Positions 47,635 to 57,706 of a stretch of 64,000 bases of DNA are shown here, in pieces. The stretch is from an uncultured Nitrososphaerota archaeon (GTDB lineage: Archaea > Thermoproteota > EX4484-205 > JAAOZP01): positions 7,126-71,125 of the forward strand of contig CAYQCW010000008.1 in the NCBI GenBank assembly GCA_964416155.1, read 5' to 3'. Position 1 is the stretch's first letter; every line of letters starts with the position of its first letter. The notes under the pieces were generated by a model. That model saw only the letters and a list, made by a program, of their open reading frames with translations, did no database searches and was not told the DNA's origin. Both the position numbers and the translations under genes were made by a program.

Positions 47635-48630
47635 TTGGACCCGAGAAGCGTCTTTCTTTCCATCGCGCACGGTGAAGACGCAGAAGGATCTATGGTGGCT
47701 GCGATAACGAGTCCTTTAACTGAAGAGCTACTTAACCTGTGCGACTTGACATGGTCATCAGTCCATAAGAGCCGTGGACACATGGTTAAAGCGGCTTTAG
47801 CAGCTAAATCCATAATTGGTTTTGAAACGGTTCGAGCTCCCTTTGACCAGTGTGTTGAAGCCGAAGCCCTCGGCGTTGAACTCGACTTCGAAGGCAATTA
47901 CCCGAAACCAAGGAGGCTTCTGGAGAGAATAGAAGAGTTCAACTTTACAGGGAGAGGCAGGACGATGATGGTTTTAGACGTCATCAGGGACCTGAGGAAA
48001 ACAGTTGGACCAAGTGCCCCCATACTCGGCGGCGTCACAGCTCCCTTTACCCTTCTCAACTATCTCCTTGGTCCTGCTAAAACCATATTGCTAAGTAGAA
48101 TGAACCCAAGCGTCATCAAGGATTACGCTGACAAGCTTTCAGCATCCATAGCGGATTATGCAAATGAAATGGTTTCCGCCGGGGCTGATGCTATCGTGAT
48201 CGAGGACATGGCTTCATCGCCTGACGTGCTTAACCCTTCGATCTTCAGAATAGTTGAAGTAGAGCCTCTTAAACGGTTAACATCCACGGTGACCGTCCCT
48301 TGCATACTGCACGTATGCGGAGACACCTTGAGAATTTTAAGAGAGATACCTGAGACTGGTGTTAAAGTCTTCCACATAGACCCTAAAACCAACCTCAGCA
48401 TTGCAAAAGACCTAATCCGTGGCGTAACCTTAGCAGGAGGGGTAAGCACGTTTCTACTTTTGGAGGGTGATGAGACGAAGATTATTGAAGCCTCGCTCTC
48501 ATGCCTAAGCCTAGGAATCAGAATAGTGGCTCCAGCCTGCGCCCTGCATCCAAAAACCCCAATAGAGAACGTTAAGACGATGATTAGAGCAGTAAAAAAT
48601 AATGCACGGATGATTGGGAATACGTTTTGA
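47635..48630 (+). CDS. MtaA/CmuA-family methylcobamide:thiol methyltransferase (URO-D fold)
   Basis: PFDQCVEAEALG, APFTL, zinc motif LHVCG plus the C-terminal Cys in APAC, P.TP.ENV. Confidence 0.85.
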   Translation: MDPRSVFLSIAHGEDAEGSMVAAITSPLTEELLNLCDLTWSSVHKSRGHMVKAALAAKSIIGFETVRAPFDQCVEAEALGVELDFEGNYPKPRRLLERIEEFNFTGRGRTMMVLDVIRDLRKTVGPSAPILGGVTAPFTLLNYLLGPAKTILLSRMNPSVIKDYADKLSASIADYANEMVSAGADAIVIEDMASSPDVLNPSIFRIVEVEPLKRLTSTVTVPCILHVCGDTLRILREIPETGVKVFHIDPKTNLSIAKDLIRGVTLAGGVSTFLLLEGDETKIIEASLSCLSLGIRIVAPACALHPKTPIENVKTMIRAVKNNARMIGNTF

Positions 48631-48852
48631 ACAATGCAGGGCAGCTGCTTTTGTGCTTTAAAGCACGCGTTATGATAATAGACAATATAGAGTAAATAAG
48701 CTTAACGGCAGAGGCCTATCACATACGTCAAACATATAGCTTAATCTGAGGAATGATGTGAATCTGGCTAAGACTCAACCATTTTCAACATAATCCTGCT
48801 GGTGTATTAAAACATTGTTGAAAAGCAATTAAATAATGAAGTTTTCAATGCA

Positions 48853-50664
48853 CTACTCGTTGGTTCCAAGTAGCTCTCTTAACCCTAGCCTATCGAGAGT
48901 TTCCTTTTTCGGCTCGCCCTTCTCATTCCAACCCCTGAGCCTATAGTATTCGGAAAGCATTGGTTCAAGCTCAACCGTCTGTCCTTTTCCAGGTCCCTCG
49001 GGCAGGGGTTCGTTTAAGAGCCTGCCGGGCAGAGTGTCATCCTTCCTGGTTACCCCCTCTCTCACATTGAAAAGCCTCGTCAGGTTGTAGACTCTCTCCC
49101 CTATCCTCATGAATTCATACCAGTCTTTATATGGCTGGCCGGTGCAGGCAGTAATCATGCGGTGCAGCTCTTTAAGCGTTATCGCGTAAAACGCGAAGAA
49201 GCATAAGCCTGAAGAGTCTATCACAGCCTTCTCATCCTGCCTATCTATCACTAGCCTCGCCTTGCCCTCAATAGTGTACGGGTCTACGCCTCCCCCGTAC
49301 CCAAGCAGCTCCTGCCCAGCAGTGTATCCTCTAAGGTGGCACGCTCCCCGGTCGCTGGTCGCGTAGCCAAGACCCATTCCTTTAGCAGCCCTAGGCTCGT
49401 AAGCAGGCATCTCCAACCCTTTCACGTGCATCGCAAAACCCTCGCTGCCCGGGAACCTTCTGCTTAGCCTGGCTACACCCTGCTCAATCATTCTTCCACA
49501 CTCCTCACCCTTACACGTCTTCTCAATAAGCCTGAGAAAGACCTCCTCGTCTCCCCACACGGGCTTCAACCCGTCCAGTTCCCGGATGAACCCTTTCTCA
49601 TAGAGCTCCATGAGGAAGCTTATCGTGACGCCGGTGCTTATCGTGTCTAAACCGTAGGCGTCGCAAAGATAGTTCGCCATAGCTATTGTTTCAGTATCTT
49701 TGACGCCGCAGTTTGGGCCGAATGCCCATATTGTCTCATAGTCCGGCCCGTCGACCCATGTGTCGTTTAAAACAGCGATTTTACCGCACCTTATCGTGCA
49801 ACTATAGCAACCCTTATCGGCCTTCCAAAGGCTTGTCCTCCATTTCTCTCCTGAAAGCTCACCTGCACTGTCGAACCTTGCTTTTTGAAAGTTTCTCGCG
49901 GGGAGAGCACCCATCTCGTTGACAGCCTCAATTATGTTCACCGTCCCATGTCTCGGCAGGCTTCTAGCAGTAACCTCGTGCAGCCTCAGCATTCTCCTAA
50001 CCACCCAGGCAGCCCTCTTCATGCCCTCAGGATCATAAACCTCTATTGGTTTCTTTCCGCCCACCACTATGGCCTTCAGCCTCTTAGAGCCCATTACCGT
50101 GCCTGAGCCGCCCCGTCCAGCGGACCTCATGTCGTCCGTTAAAAGCCCTGATATTGGGGCGAGCCTCTCGCCCGCGGGTCCAACAATTAGGAAACTGTAA
50201 GTCGGAAACTCTTTCTTAAGCTCCCCGATGGTTTCGAATGTTGTGCTACCCCACAGCCTGCAGGGCTTCAGCTCAGACCCGTTTCCGTCCACAATGAGCA
50301 TGGAGGGTTCCTCAGCGGCTCCTTTAACAATCAGCATGTCGTAACCGGCTCTCTTAAGCTGCACTCCAAACGTCCCGCCGCAGTTCGAGTCTAGAAAAAC
50401 ACCTGTCTGAGGGCTTTTAGCGACTACGCTAAACCTGGAGCCGGTTGGAGCTATGGTTCCAGTTAAAGGCCCTGTCGACACAATTAAGGGGTTTTCAGGG
50501 GATAGCGGGTTATCCCTGCCCTTAAGGCTCCTGTAGAGGTAGAGGGCTCCAAGACCCTTCCCCCCTAGCATCAGAAAAGCCTCCTTCTCGCTCAGATTTT
50601 CAACCTTAGCCTTGTTCAGAGAAAGATCGAAAACTAGGATTCTACCAGTGTAGCCACCCTTCAT
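48853..50664 (-). CDS. aor: Aldehyde:ferredoxin oxidoreductase family (W/Mo-bispterin)
   Basis: LGGKGLG, KSPQTG, AGRGG.G.VMGSK.LKA, CYSCTIRC, PDYET, DAYGLDTIS, RGACH. Confidence 0.93.
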   Translation of the reverse strand: MKGGYTGRILVFDLSLNKAKVENLSEKEAFLMLGGKGLGALYLYRSLKGRDNPLSPENPLIVSTGPLTGTIAPTGSRFSVVAKSPQTGVFLDSNCGGTFGVQLKRAGYDMLIVKGAAEEPSMLIVDGNGSELKPCRLWGSTTFETIGELKKEFPTYSFLIVGPAGERLAPISGLLTDDMRSAGRGGSGTVMGSKRLKAIVVGGKKPIEVYDPEGMKRAAWVVRRMLRLHEVTARSLPRHGTVNIIEAVNEMGALPARNFQKARFDSAGELSGEKWRTSLWKADKGCYSCTIRCGKIAVLNDTWVDGPDYETIWAFGPNCGVKDTETIAMANYLCDAYGLDTISTGVTISFLMELYEKGFIRELDGLKPVWGDEEVFLRLIEKTCKGEECGRMIEQGVARLSRRFPGSEGFAMHVKGLEMPAYEPRAAKGMGLGYATSDRGACHLRGYTAGQELLGYGGGVDPYTIEGKARLVIDRQDEKAVIDSSGLCFFAFYAITLKELHRMITACTGQPYKDWYEFMRIGERVYNLTRLFNVREGVTRKDDTLPGRLLNEPLPEGPGKGQTVELEPMLSEYYRLRGWNEKGEPKKETLDRLGLRELLGTNE

Positions 50665-50665
50665 T

Positions 50666-51901
50666 TCAGATACTCTCCTCGACGAATCCTATGGCTGCTG
50701 TGCCGCACCATTCCGCGCACTGGGGAGCTCCACCGCAAAGATCGCATATGAGAGGCCTGTTTCCCTCCTCGTCTAGCAGGATAACCTTCTGCGGGCATGT
50801 TTCTACGCAAGCCCCGCATGAGCTACACGCCTCTTCAACAAGCTCAACATTCCCCCTTGAGCCCCATCTTAAGGCTCCTGTCGGACAGACAGATATGCAT
50901 TTACCGCATTGAACACAGACAACAGGCTCGCACCCGGCGGGCCACTCCTGTACAACCCTCAGCCTAGAACGCCCAATATCTATTTTCCCATTGTGATAGA
51001 TGCTGCAGACAGCAGCACAAAGGTTGCAGCCGACGCAGGCAGCGGGCTCAACCCTGAGAGAGATCCTACCCTTTTTAGAGGCTCCGACCACTTCAAGGAC
51101 GCTTCTACCTTCGTGCACTATAGCCCTGACAAGCCTCACCATCCCTCCAGGATCATTGGCCTGCACTATGTTCCTGCCGTAGACTATCCCGGACCCCCCT
51201 GCCTGCATAACTTCTTCAACAACCTCCAGCGAGTCCCTTATGGTGACGCCGCTGTAGCCGCCTAAGGCAAGAACCGGGATCCCGTCTGCAGCCTTAACAG
51301 TCTTTTCAAAAGTATACGGGTCGCCGGTGTACGGGACTTTAAGAGCGTCGGCTCCAAGCTCAGCAGCCATCTTCACTGAAAGGTTTACAAGGTCGACGTA
51401 GTTCGCCTTCGTAACGTGCTCACCCATCGGCAGAGGTTCAACTATTAGAGGCATACCCTGCTTCTCGCATTCACGCGAAAACATTGATATCATCTGAATG
51501 TTTCTAGCCTCCTCATCCTCATCGCCCAAGCCTATAAACAGGTAGACCACTATTCCGGAGGCGCCTAGGGCTAAAGCATCCTCCACTCTTACGGTGTTCA
51601 CGTCACGTATGACTCTGGCTGGGAGAGTGTAAGTCTTGTCTCTAAACGCGTTCGTCCAATCAGCTCTAACAAGTAGTGCCGGCGCATCCTTCCCATAGAA
51701 AAGATCTATTAGACTGGATGCTTGTCCAGGGGCTAGGAGAATAGCGTCCGGACCCCCTTGAATAACCCTAGCAAGTGTTTCCCTCAGGTTGACAACGCCC
51801 CTTATGGGTCCAAGCATAAGCCCATGGTCCGCAGCTACAACCACGGCCCTCCCATCTTCGCCGAATATTCTTTTCAGCCTAAGCCTCTTTCCGGTCTGCA
51901 T
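50666..51901 (-). CDS. Class I (DhnA-type) aldolase fused to a four-cluster 4Fe-4S ferredoxin domain
   Basis: GK.LRL.RIF, AADHG, GADALKVPY Schiff-base Lys, YGRNI.Q; then four Cys motifs CVGCNLC..C, CVQCGKC..CP, CSSCGAC..CP, CDLC..C..C. Start ATG 51901. Confidence 0.9.
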   Translation of the reverse strand: MQTGKRLRLKRIFGEDGRAVVVAADHGLMLGPIRGVVNLRETLARVIQGGPDAILLAPGQASSLIDLFYGKDAPALLVRADWTNAFRDKTYTLPARVIRDVNTVRVEDALALGASGIVVYLFIGLGDEDEEARNIQMISMFSRECEKQGMPLIVEPLPMGEHVTKANYVDLVNLSVKMAAELGADALKVPYTGDPYTFEKTVKAADGIPVLALGGYSGVTIRDSLEVVEEVMQAGGSGIVYGRNIVQANDPGGMVRLVRAIVHEGRSVLEVVGASKKGRISLRVEPAACVGCNLCAAVCSIYHNGKIDIGRSRLRVVQEWPAGCEPVVCVQCGKCISVCPTGALRWGSRGNVELVEEACSSCGACVETCPQKVILLDEEGNRPLICDLCGGAPQCAEWCGTAAIGFVEESI

Positions 51902-51903
51902 CC

Positions 51904-52677
51904 TTAACACCCATGAACCAGAAGCCTGGCTTCCGCAACAGTCTTCTCCACGCTGCCCAAAGCCAGTCTTTCCCTTAAAAGAAGGCCGGAGCATCCTGCT
52001 GAAAGAGCGTTCCCAAGCTCTGAAAGGGAGGCCTCAGGATCGTCAATCGCGACAATCGGGGTTTGACCAGCCACTTCGACGATGGCACGCATAGACTTCT
52101 CGTCTCCAACATATGGTGTTGCAACTATGTCGGCACCAGTTTCAACAGCCATCCTGACGGCAAGCTTTAAACAGTCAAGGAGGTTGACTTGAGTGACCCG
52201 CTCGCCTATTGCGATTGACTCCACGAGCAGCGGAAGCCCGAGCCTTCGGCAGCCTGAGACGAGTGTCGAAACGATTCTAATGCTTCTAGCCTCCTCATCC
52301 TCGTCTCCGACGAGAAGATAAGCAGCGATACCTTCAACTCCCAGCGTCAACGCCTCCCTGGGGCTAACCAGTTTAACATGCTCGAGTTTTTTACGGGGCG
52401 TTGTCGAATAGCCTCCCACAGCATTTGTGAAATCAGACCTTAAGATTATAGAGGACCCCCTGCCTCCGATCAGGCTCTCCAGCCCGGTGACCTGTCCCTT
52501 GCTAAGTATGATAGCATCGGGATTAGACTTTAAAACGCTTGTTAAGATGCTCCGCGTTGCCCATAGGTTTTCAACCCGCCCGCCTGTGAAAGTAGAGTCA
52601 ACACTGATGATCAGTGTTTTCCCAGTCTCAGAGAAAATCCTGCTTAATCTAAGCCCCTTCCCTATCTGAGTAAGCAA
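51904..52677 (-). CDS. Degenerate class I aldolase paralog
   Basis: Colinear with the downstream aldolase (GK.LRL.RIF, PDAIIL, R.D.TN, DEEAR.I) but has ADIVATPY in place of ADALKVPY and lacks DH and GRN. Confidence 0.8.
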   Translation of the reverse strand: MLTQIGKGLRLSRIFSETGKTLIISVDSTFTGGRVENLWATRSILTSVLKSNPDAIILSKGQVTGLESLIGGRGSSIILRSDFTNAVGGYSTTPRKKLEHVKLVSPREALTLGVEGIAAYLLVGDEDEEARSIRIVSTLVSGCRRLGLPLLVESIAIGERVTQVNLLDCLKLAVRMAVETGADIVATPYVGDEKSMRAIVEVAGQTPIVAIDDPEASLSELGNALSAGCSGLLLRERLALGSVEKTVAEARLLVHGC

Positions 52678-52751
52678 GACTCTATGCCTCCGAATGTCTT
52701 TCCAGTGTATGCTTCAGCCAAACCATGTTCAGCCATCCTCCTGTTTACTCC

Positions 52752-53414
52752 TCATGACCTGCTCAGAGGCTTAGCTATGATCTCTTTAATAATTATGTCG
52801 AATATTCTGGAGGAGTTGGCGGGGTGGACAACTATAGCGGTGTCAGCACCCCTACCGGTTCCGGCTATGCTCACCACATCCCTGTCCACAGGTATTAGAC
52901 CAGCGTCCGCAGCCATTGCTACGATCTCGACAGCCACCTTCATGCCCTCGCAGAAAAGTCTAAGGGTTTGAGCCATTAACTCAGCAGGGTAAGCAGTGTC
53001 GAACTTGCTCCTTATCGCCCTCTCAACGTTCATAAAAACATGCGTCCCGGTGTAAATCTTGGCGCCATTCGCCTCCATTATTCTACGGTTCTCCTCAATC
53101 AACTCCTGTTGTCCAGGTTCTTTAAAACCCGTGTGATGAGTCACAACAACCAGGTTAAAGCCTTTAAACACCTGTGACGCCTTTACCCCTGTTTCACCAG
53201 TTGTAGACGCGACAACAATGTTCTTTATGCTGAGCTCCTCAGCCCTCTTCTTCGCTGAAGCCAGAACAATATCAGTATTGCTCCTCCCAGGCGTGTCGAA
53301 GTAAACTATGGTTTTCTCAACCATGGTCAAAGACATCGTTTCAAAAAGTCTCCATAATCTTTTAAGCCTTTTGCTTAGAAAAACGCGTGAGGCCGAGCCG
53401 TTGCCGATGACCAC
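52752..53414 (-). CDS. Pyruvate kinase C-terminal-like domain protein (COG1751-type)
   Basis: YF..PG..NT, VVASTTGETG, VTHH.GF..PG, G.KVAVEI..MAADAG, GTGRGADTA. True start probably 53324-53336. Confidence 0.85.
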   Translation of the reverse strand: MVIGNGSASRVFLSKRLKRLWRLFETMSLTMVEKTIVYFDTPGRSNTDIVLASAKKRAEELSIKNIVVASTTGETGVKASQVFKGFNLVVVTHHTGFKEPGQQELIEENRRIMEANGAKIYTGTHVFMNVERAIRSKFDTAYPAELMAQTLRLFCEGMKVAVEIVAMAADAGLIPVDRDVVSIAGTGRGADTAIVVHPANSSRIFDIIIKEIIAKPLSRS

Positions 53415-53465
53415 GTATAAACTTGGCTCAGCACCTGCAACACTGCAACGGGTAACTCCTCAATT

Positions 53466-54456
53466 TTAAAAAGCCTTTACATATTCCTCAGCGTTTTCAA
53501 GAGGCATGTTAACTATCACACCGTAGTATATGAATCCTCCGTCATGAGCCCCAGCGTGAATCTGGCCCGCAACATATTGCTCTATCAGGTTTTTAGGCAT
53601 CTTCTCCAATCTACAGGTTGACGGCTGAGGTATTAGAGTCACCTTGCCCCCATACTTCTCCTTCACAGAGGCAAGAACCATGTTTTCAGCCTCATCCAAA
53701 GGGTTTAAGCCGTCGAGCCCCGCGTCAACCAGCCTGTCTAGAATGAGGTTCAGATCACCATGGCTGTGGAGGAAAACGTAGGCCCCCAGCTTATGGTAGA
53801 TCCTGCAAAGCTCACGGTCAAACGGTTCGAGAATCTCCCTGTAGAGTTTTGGCGACACGAAGGGGCCGTTACGATCCCCCGGTCGCCTGAAAGCCAGACA
53901 GCGTTAACACCTGTTTCCTCTATTATTTGCCTCGCCATTTCCGTAAGCATCTTAACTCCGAAACTGAGAACCTTTTTGGAAAAACCCGGGTTCATAACCA
54001 TGTCTGTAAGAAAATGTTTAAAACCCTTAAAGAGTATGCTGCGAAGCCGAAGGGGCTCTCGCGACTTGTGAAGGTGAAGCGATCACTGTTTTTCTCAACA
54101 TGCTCCCTGATTCTCTCAACATGTTTTCCAGATAATTCGAACCTTAGTTCTTCAAGCCTATCAAGATCCTCTGGCTTTGAGACAGCTGGCTTAACCAACT
54201 CCCTGTAACCATAATCCACTTTGTAAGAGACGCTATGCATGTCTCCGAAAACGGATTCTAAAAGCCTGTGTTCAGAACCCTGCTCTGAAACCCTTGTCTC
54301 CGGAATGCTTCCTATGCCCACAAGGTCTTGGAGCATCTCTCTGGCTCTGAAAGTTTCTTGAAGCCGTCTGAGGCCGTCTGCCACAGCCCAGAGGCATGGA
54401 ACCATGTCTGGCTCCTCATGATTAAGCGTAGTGAGCACACGGTCAACAGGCTTCAA
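53466..54456 (-). pseudogene. URO-D/MtaA-fold protein broken by two frameshifts
   Basis: Three overlapping ORFs carry consecutive parts: RV..TL.HEEPD.VP; VWLSGD; SPKLYRE..LHSHG..GLNPL..GGFI. Confidence 0.82.
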
Positions 54457-54490
54457 TTCTTGTCTACACTTCTTAATCCCGATTACTTGA

Positions 54491-55276
54491 TCAGAATGAT
54501 TTAAGGAAGCTTAGGGTTCTTCTCAACTCCTCCTCAGGCTCGCCGGATACGCCGCACTCTAGGGTGAGATAATGCTTGTAGCCTCCTTCCCTCAGTATTC
54601 TGAGGGAACTGAAATCAGTATGCCCTCTTCCTGGCGTCAACCTGTTGCTGTCAGCAAGATGCACGTGAACAATCTTGTCAAGATGTTTCTTCAAGCTTAA
54701 CCCGATGTCAGCCTCCTCAATACTCATGTGAAAATAGTCAGCCATTATCCTCACTTCGTCTAAGCCGATTTCTTCACAGAGCGAGGCGGCTTGAGAAAGC
54801 GTCTTGAGGAAGTGCGTCTCATACCTGTTAAGCGGCTCCACAATCACTATGCTTCCCACATCCCTCGCATACCTCCCAAGAATCCTGTATTCTTCTACAG
54901 CCAGCTTCCACTCCAGTTCAAACTTGTCTTTGAAAAGAGGAGAAAGGTCTGGAACAGTTGCCTCCCCGAAGACCGGTACAGTTATAACCCCTACTGCACC
55001 AAGCCTGTTAGCCCACTCAAGCCTCTCCTTTACCCCATTCAATGCTGCCTCCCTGTCTTCTTTCCTCGGAGAAAGCAGGCTTCCCGAGTATCCTGAACAA
55101 ATAGTGCTCGCCTTAACCCTAGTAGTGGACAACGCTTCCAAAACATCCTTTAGAGCCCCGCCGAGCTCCTGTCTCCCCCAAAGCTCAATACCGTCATAAC
55201 CATAGTTTTCGAGCCGCCTCAGCTTCTCCTCTAAGTTGGCACCGGGAACAAGATTCTCCTGGACTGAGAACTTCAT
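54491..55276 (-). CDS. Sugar phosphate isomerase/epimerase (ketose 3-epimerase-like)
   Basis: GYDGIELW, EPLNRYE, ADYFHMSIEE, HVHLADSNR..PG.GH, LTLE. Confidence 0.92.
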   Translation of the reverse strand: MKFSVQENLVPGANLEEKLRRLENYGYDGIELWGRQELGGALKDVLEALSTTRVKASTICSGYSGSLLSPRKEDREAALNGVKERLEWANRLGAVGVITVPVFGEATVPDLSPLFKDKFELEWKLAVEEYRILGRYARDVGSIVIVEPLNRYETHFLKTLSQAASLCEEIGLDEVRIMADYFHMSIEEADIGLSLKKHLDKIVHVHLADSNRLTPGRGHTDFSSLRILREGGYKHYLTLECGVSGEPEEELRRTLSFLKSF

Positions 55277-55399
55277 TTGCCACTTCTACCTTCTCAGCTA
55301 CTTTTTAACTTTACTTTCCATAAAAACACGATGCTGTTTAATTACTGCAACATGTTCTGCGAATGGAACATCGTCGGCAGCGTGCACAGACCCCATATT

Positions 55400-55642
55400 T
55401 TACCCGCCGCCCAGTGGCGGGAAAATTGCCAGAACATCCCCGTCTTTAACCTCCGGATTATCCCTAACTATTTTCTGGTTTAAGACAAGTATCGCCTCCT
55501 TATCAAGCTCAACCTCAGGATGTTTCGAAACTATTTCTCTAATAACCTCCTTAATGGTTGAGCCGGGTGAGAGCTCCAGCACCTCCTCGTACTTTCCCAC
55601 AGCCTCCCTGTAGAAGGCGAAATACTTAACCAGAATCCTCAT
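55400..55642 (-). CDS. moaD: MoaD/ThiS/SAMP ubiquitin-like sulfur carrier
   Basis: VKYFA..RE.VG, DGD.LAIFPP.GGG C-terminal diglycine. Divergent from an AOR gene. Confidence 0.85.
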   Translation of the reverse strand: MRILVKYFAFYREAVGKYEEVLELSPGSTIKEVIREIVSKHPEVELDKEAILVLNQKIVRDNPEVKDGDVLAIFPPLGGG

Positions 55643-55742
55643 CCCGTTTCCTTCCAACCTCCTCATGCTTATATGTTTTTACCGAGTGTTTCCCACAGTA
55701 TACTTATAAATACTTGCAAAACATGCTCCCCTGACCATTAAC

Positions 55743-57521
55743 ATGGCTGGCTGGATGGGCTCCATCGCCGAGGCAGACCTGTCTAGTTCAAAGATAACTT
55801 TTCGCGAATGGAACGAGGATGAGAAGCTCAGGTTTATCGGTGGAAGAGGAATAGGAGCTAAAATCGTCTATGACAATGTTGATCCTGAAGTTGACCCTTT
55901 AAGCAAGGATAACGTGCTGGTTTTCGCGGTCGGGCCTCTTACGGCAACAGCTGCGCCGACATCAGGCAGGTTCTCAGTGTCAACCAAATCCCCGTTGACA
56001 GGCACGGTGTTCGACGCGAACTCTGGAGGGTTTTTCGCAACCAAGTTCAAAGCATGCGGTGTCGACGTGCTCGTAATTCGAGGGGCAGCTCAAAACCCAG
56101 TTATAATATACATGGATGATAAGGATATTCAGGTTCTGGACGGAGAAAAATACTGGGGCACGAGGGTATTTGAAGCCACGAGCATGTTGACTGAAAAGTT
56201 CGGGAAGGAAGCCAGAGTGGCGTGCATAGGCCCCGCTGGGGAAAACCTTGTGAGAATAGCGGGCATAATGAACGACTATTACAGGTCTGCTGCAAGAGGA
56301 GGCGTGGGTGCAGTAATGGGTTCGAAGAAGCTGAAAGCAATCGTTGCAAAAGGAAGTAAGACGGTTGAAATCGCCGACAGGGACAATTTTCTCTTCGTAG
56401 TGGGTGAATGCAACAGGGTTTTCGGCCAGAACCCCATCACGAGTAAAGCCCTACCTAGGTTTGGAACAGCGGTTCTCGTAAACCTTATGAACGAGCTTGG
56501 TGTGCTTCCGGCTAAAAACTTTCAAGCAGCCTTCCTGCCTGAGGCCAAGAACATTGCTGGCGAAGAGATAACTAGGAGGCTGCTGGTTAAGCCTAAGGCG
56601 TGCTTCGGGTGCAGGATCGCCTGTGGCAGGGGAACCTGTGTAGACAGTGTTGAAGGCGAGGGGCCGGAGTACGAGACTGTCTACGCACTCGGATCATGCT
56701 GCCTGCTTTGGGATCTGGAGACAATCTGGAGGGCGAACCATTTATGCAACGACCTTGGGCTAGACACTATTTCAACAGGCGTGACGATAGCCTGCGCGAT
56801 GGAGCTTAGCGAGAAAGGCTTGATGCCTGAGAAGTTAAAATGGGGCGATGGGGGAAAGATCGTTGAGCTGATTGAGAAAACAGCTTACAGGAATGATTTA
56901 GGGAACGATCTTGCAGAGGGCTCGCGTAGGCTCTCCGAGAAATATGGGGATCCAGACGCAGCCATGCAGGTTAAAGGCTTGGAGCTGCCCGCCTATGACC
57001 CGCGGGGTGCTAAAGGACAGGGATTAGCATATGCTACAAGCAACAGGGGAGGCTGCCATCTAAGGTCCTACATGATAGGCTTGGAAATACTGGGGGTTCC
57101 TAAGAGGATAGACAGGTTTTCGACAGTCAACAAGGCTGGCCTAGTAATATACCAGCAGAATCTTTACGCAGCCATGGATACGCTTGTAGCCTGCAGGTTC
57201 ACAGGATACGGGCTTGACGAAGAATACTACTCAAGGATGCTTTCAGCCGCAACCGGCGTAAAGTATACGGCTGAAGACCTCATGCTCGTAGGCGAGAGAA
57301 TATGGAACCTCGAGAGGCTTTTCAACATTAGGGAAGGGTTTAGCAGGAAGGATGATACTCTTCCGAAGAGGTTTCTAAGCGAGTCCCTGGCCGATGGACC
57401 AACCAAGGGACAGGTTGTTGAACTCGACCGGATGCTTAACGAGTATTATAGGGCGAGGGGATGGGATAACGAGGGACGCCCAACCAAGAGAACGCTTGAG
57501 AAATTGGACTTGGATAGTTAG
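55743..57521 (+). CDS. aor: Aldehyde:ferredoxin oxidoreductase
   Basis: IGGRGIG, KSPLTG, ARGGVGAVMGSKKLKA, CFGCRIAC, GPEYET, DLGLDTIS, RGGCH. Confidence 0.95.
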   Translation: MAGWMGSIAEADLSSSKITFREWNEDEKLRFIGGRGIGAKIVYDNVDPEVDPLSKDNVLVFAVGPLTATAAPTSGRFSVSTKSPLTGTVFDANSGGFFATKFKACGVDVLVIRGAAQNPVIIYMDDKDIQVLDGEKYWGTRVFEATSMLTEKFGKEARVACIGPAGENLVRIAGIMNDYYRSAARGGVGAVMGSKKLKAIVAKGSKTVEIADRDNFLFVVGECNRVFGQNPITSKALPRFGTAVLVNLMNELGVLPAKNFQAAFLPEAKNIAGEEITRRLLVKPKACFGCRIACGRGTCVDSVEGEGPEYETVYALGSCCLLWDLETIWRANHLCNDLGLDTISTGVTIACAMELSEKGLMPEKLKWGDGGKIVELIEKTAYRNDLGNDLAEGSRRLSEKYGDPDAAMQVKGLELPAYDPRGAKGQGLAYATSNRGGCHLRSYMIGLEILGVPKRIDRFSTVNKAGLVIYQQNLYAAMDTLVACRFTGYGLDEEYYSRMLSAATGVKYTAEDLMLVGERIWNLERLFNIREGFSRKDDTLPKRFLSESLADGPTKGQVVELDRMLNEYYRARGWDNEGRPTKRTLEKLDLDS

Positions 57522-57706
57522 AGCAGAGGGATTGAACTCGGAAATCATGTTTATAGAGGCAACAAGCTCGCTTCTGGGAAGTTGAGGTGATAGCTTTCTT
57601 TTCAAAAATGAATGAGTTTTCCATACGCACATATACGATTATTTTATATGCATTAAAATAAAAAATAAATACTGGCTATGCCCAAATTCCCTAGGAGGCG
57701 GGAAGC

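Noticed and set aside
47635-48630. Methanogenesis inferred from the MtaA-like gene
   Set aside because: No mcr, mtr or corrinoid genes are in the window, and MtaA-like proteins also occur in non-methanogens.
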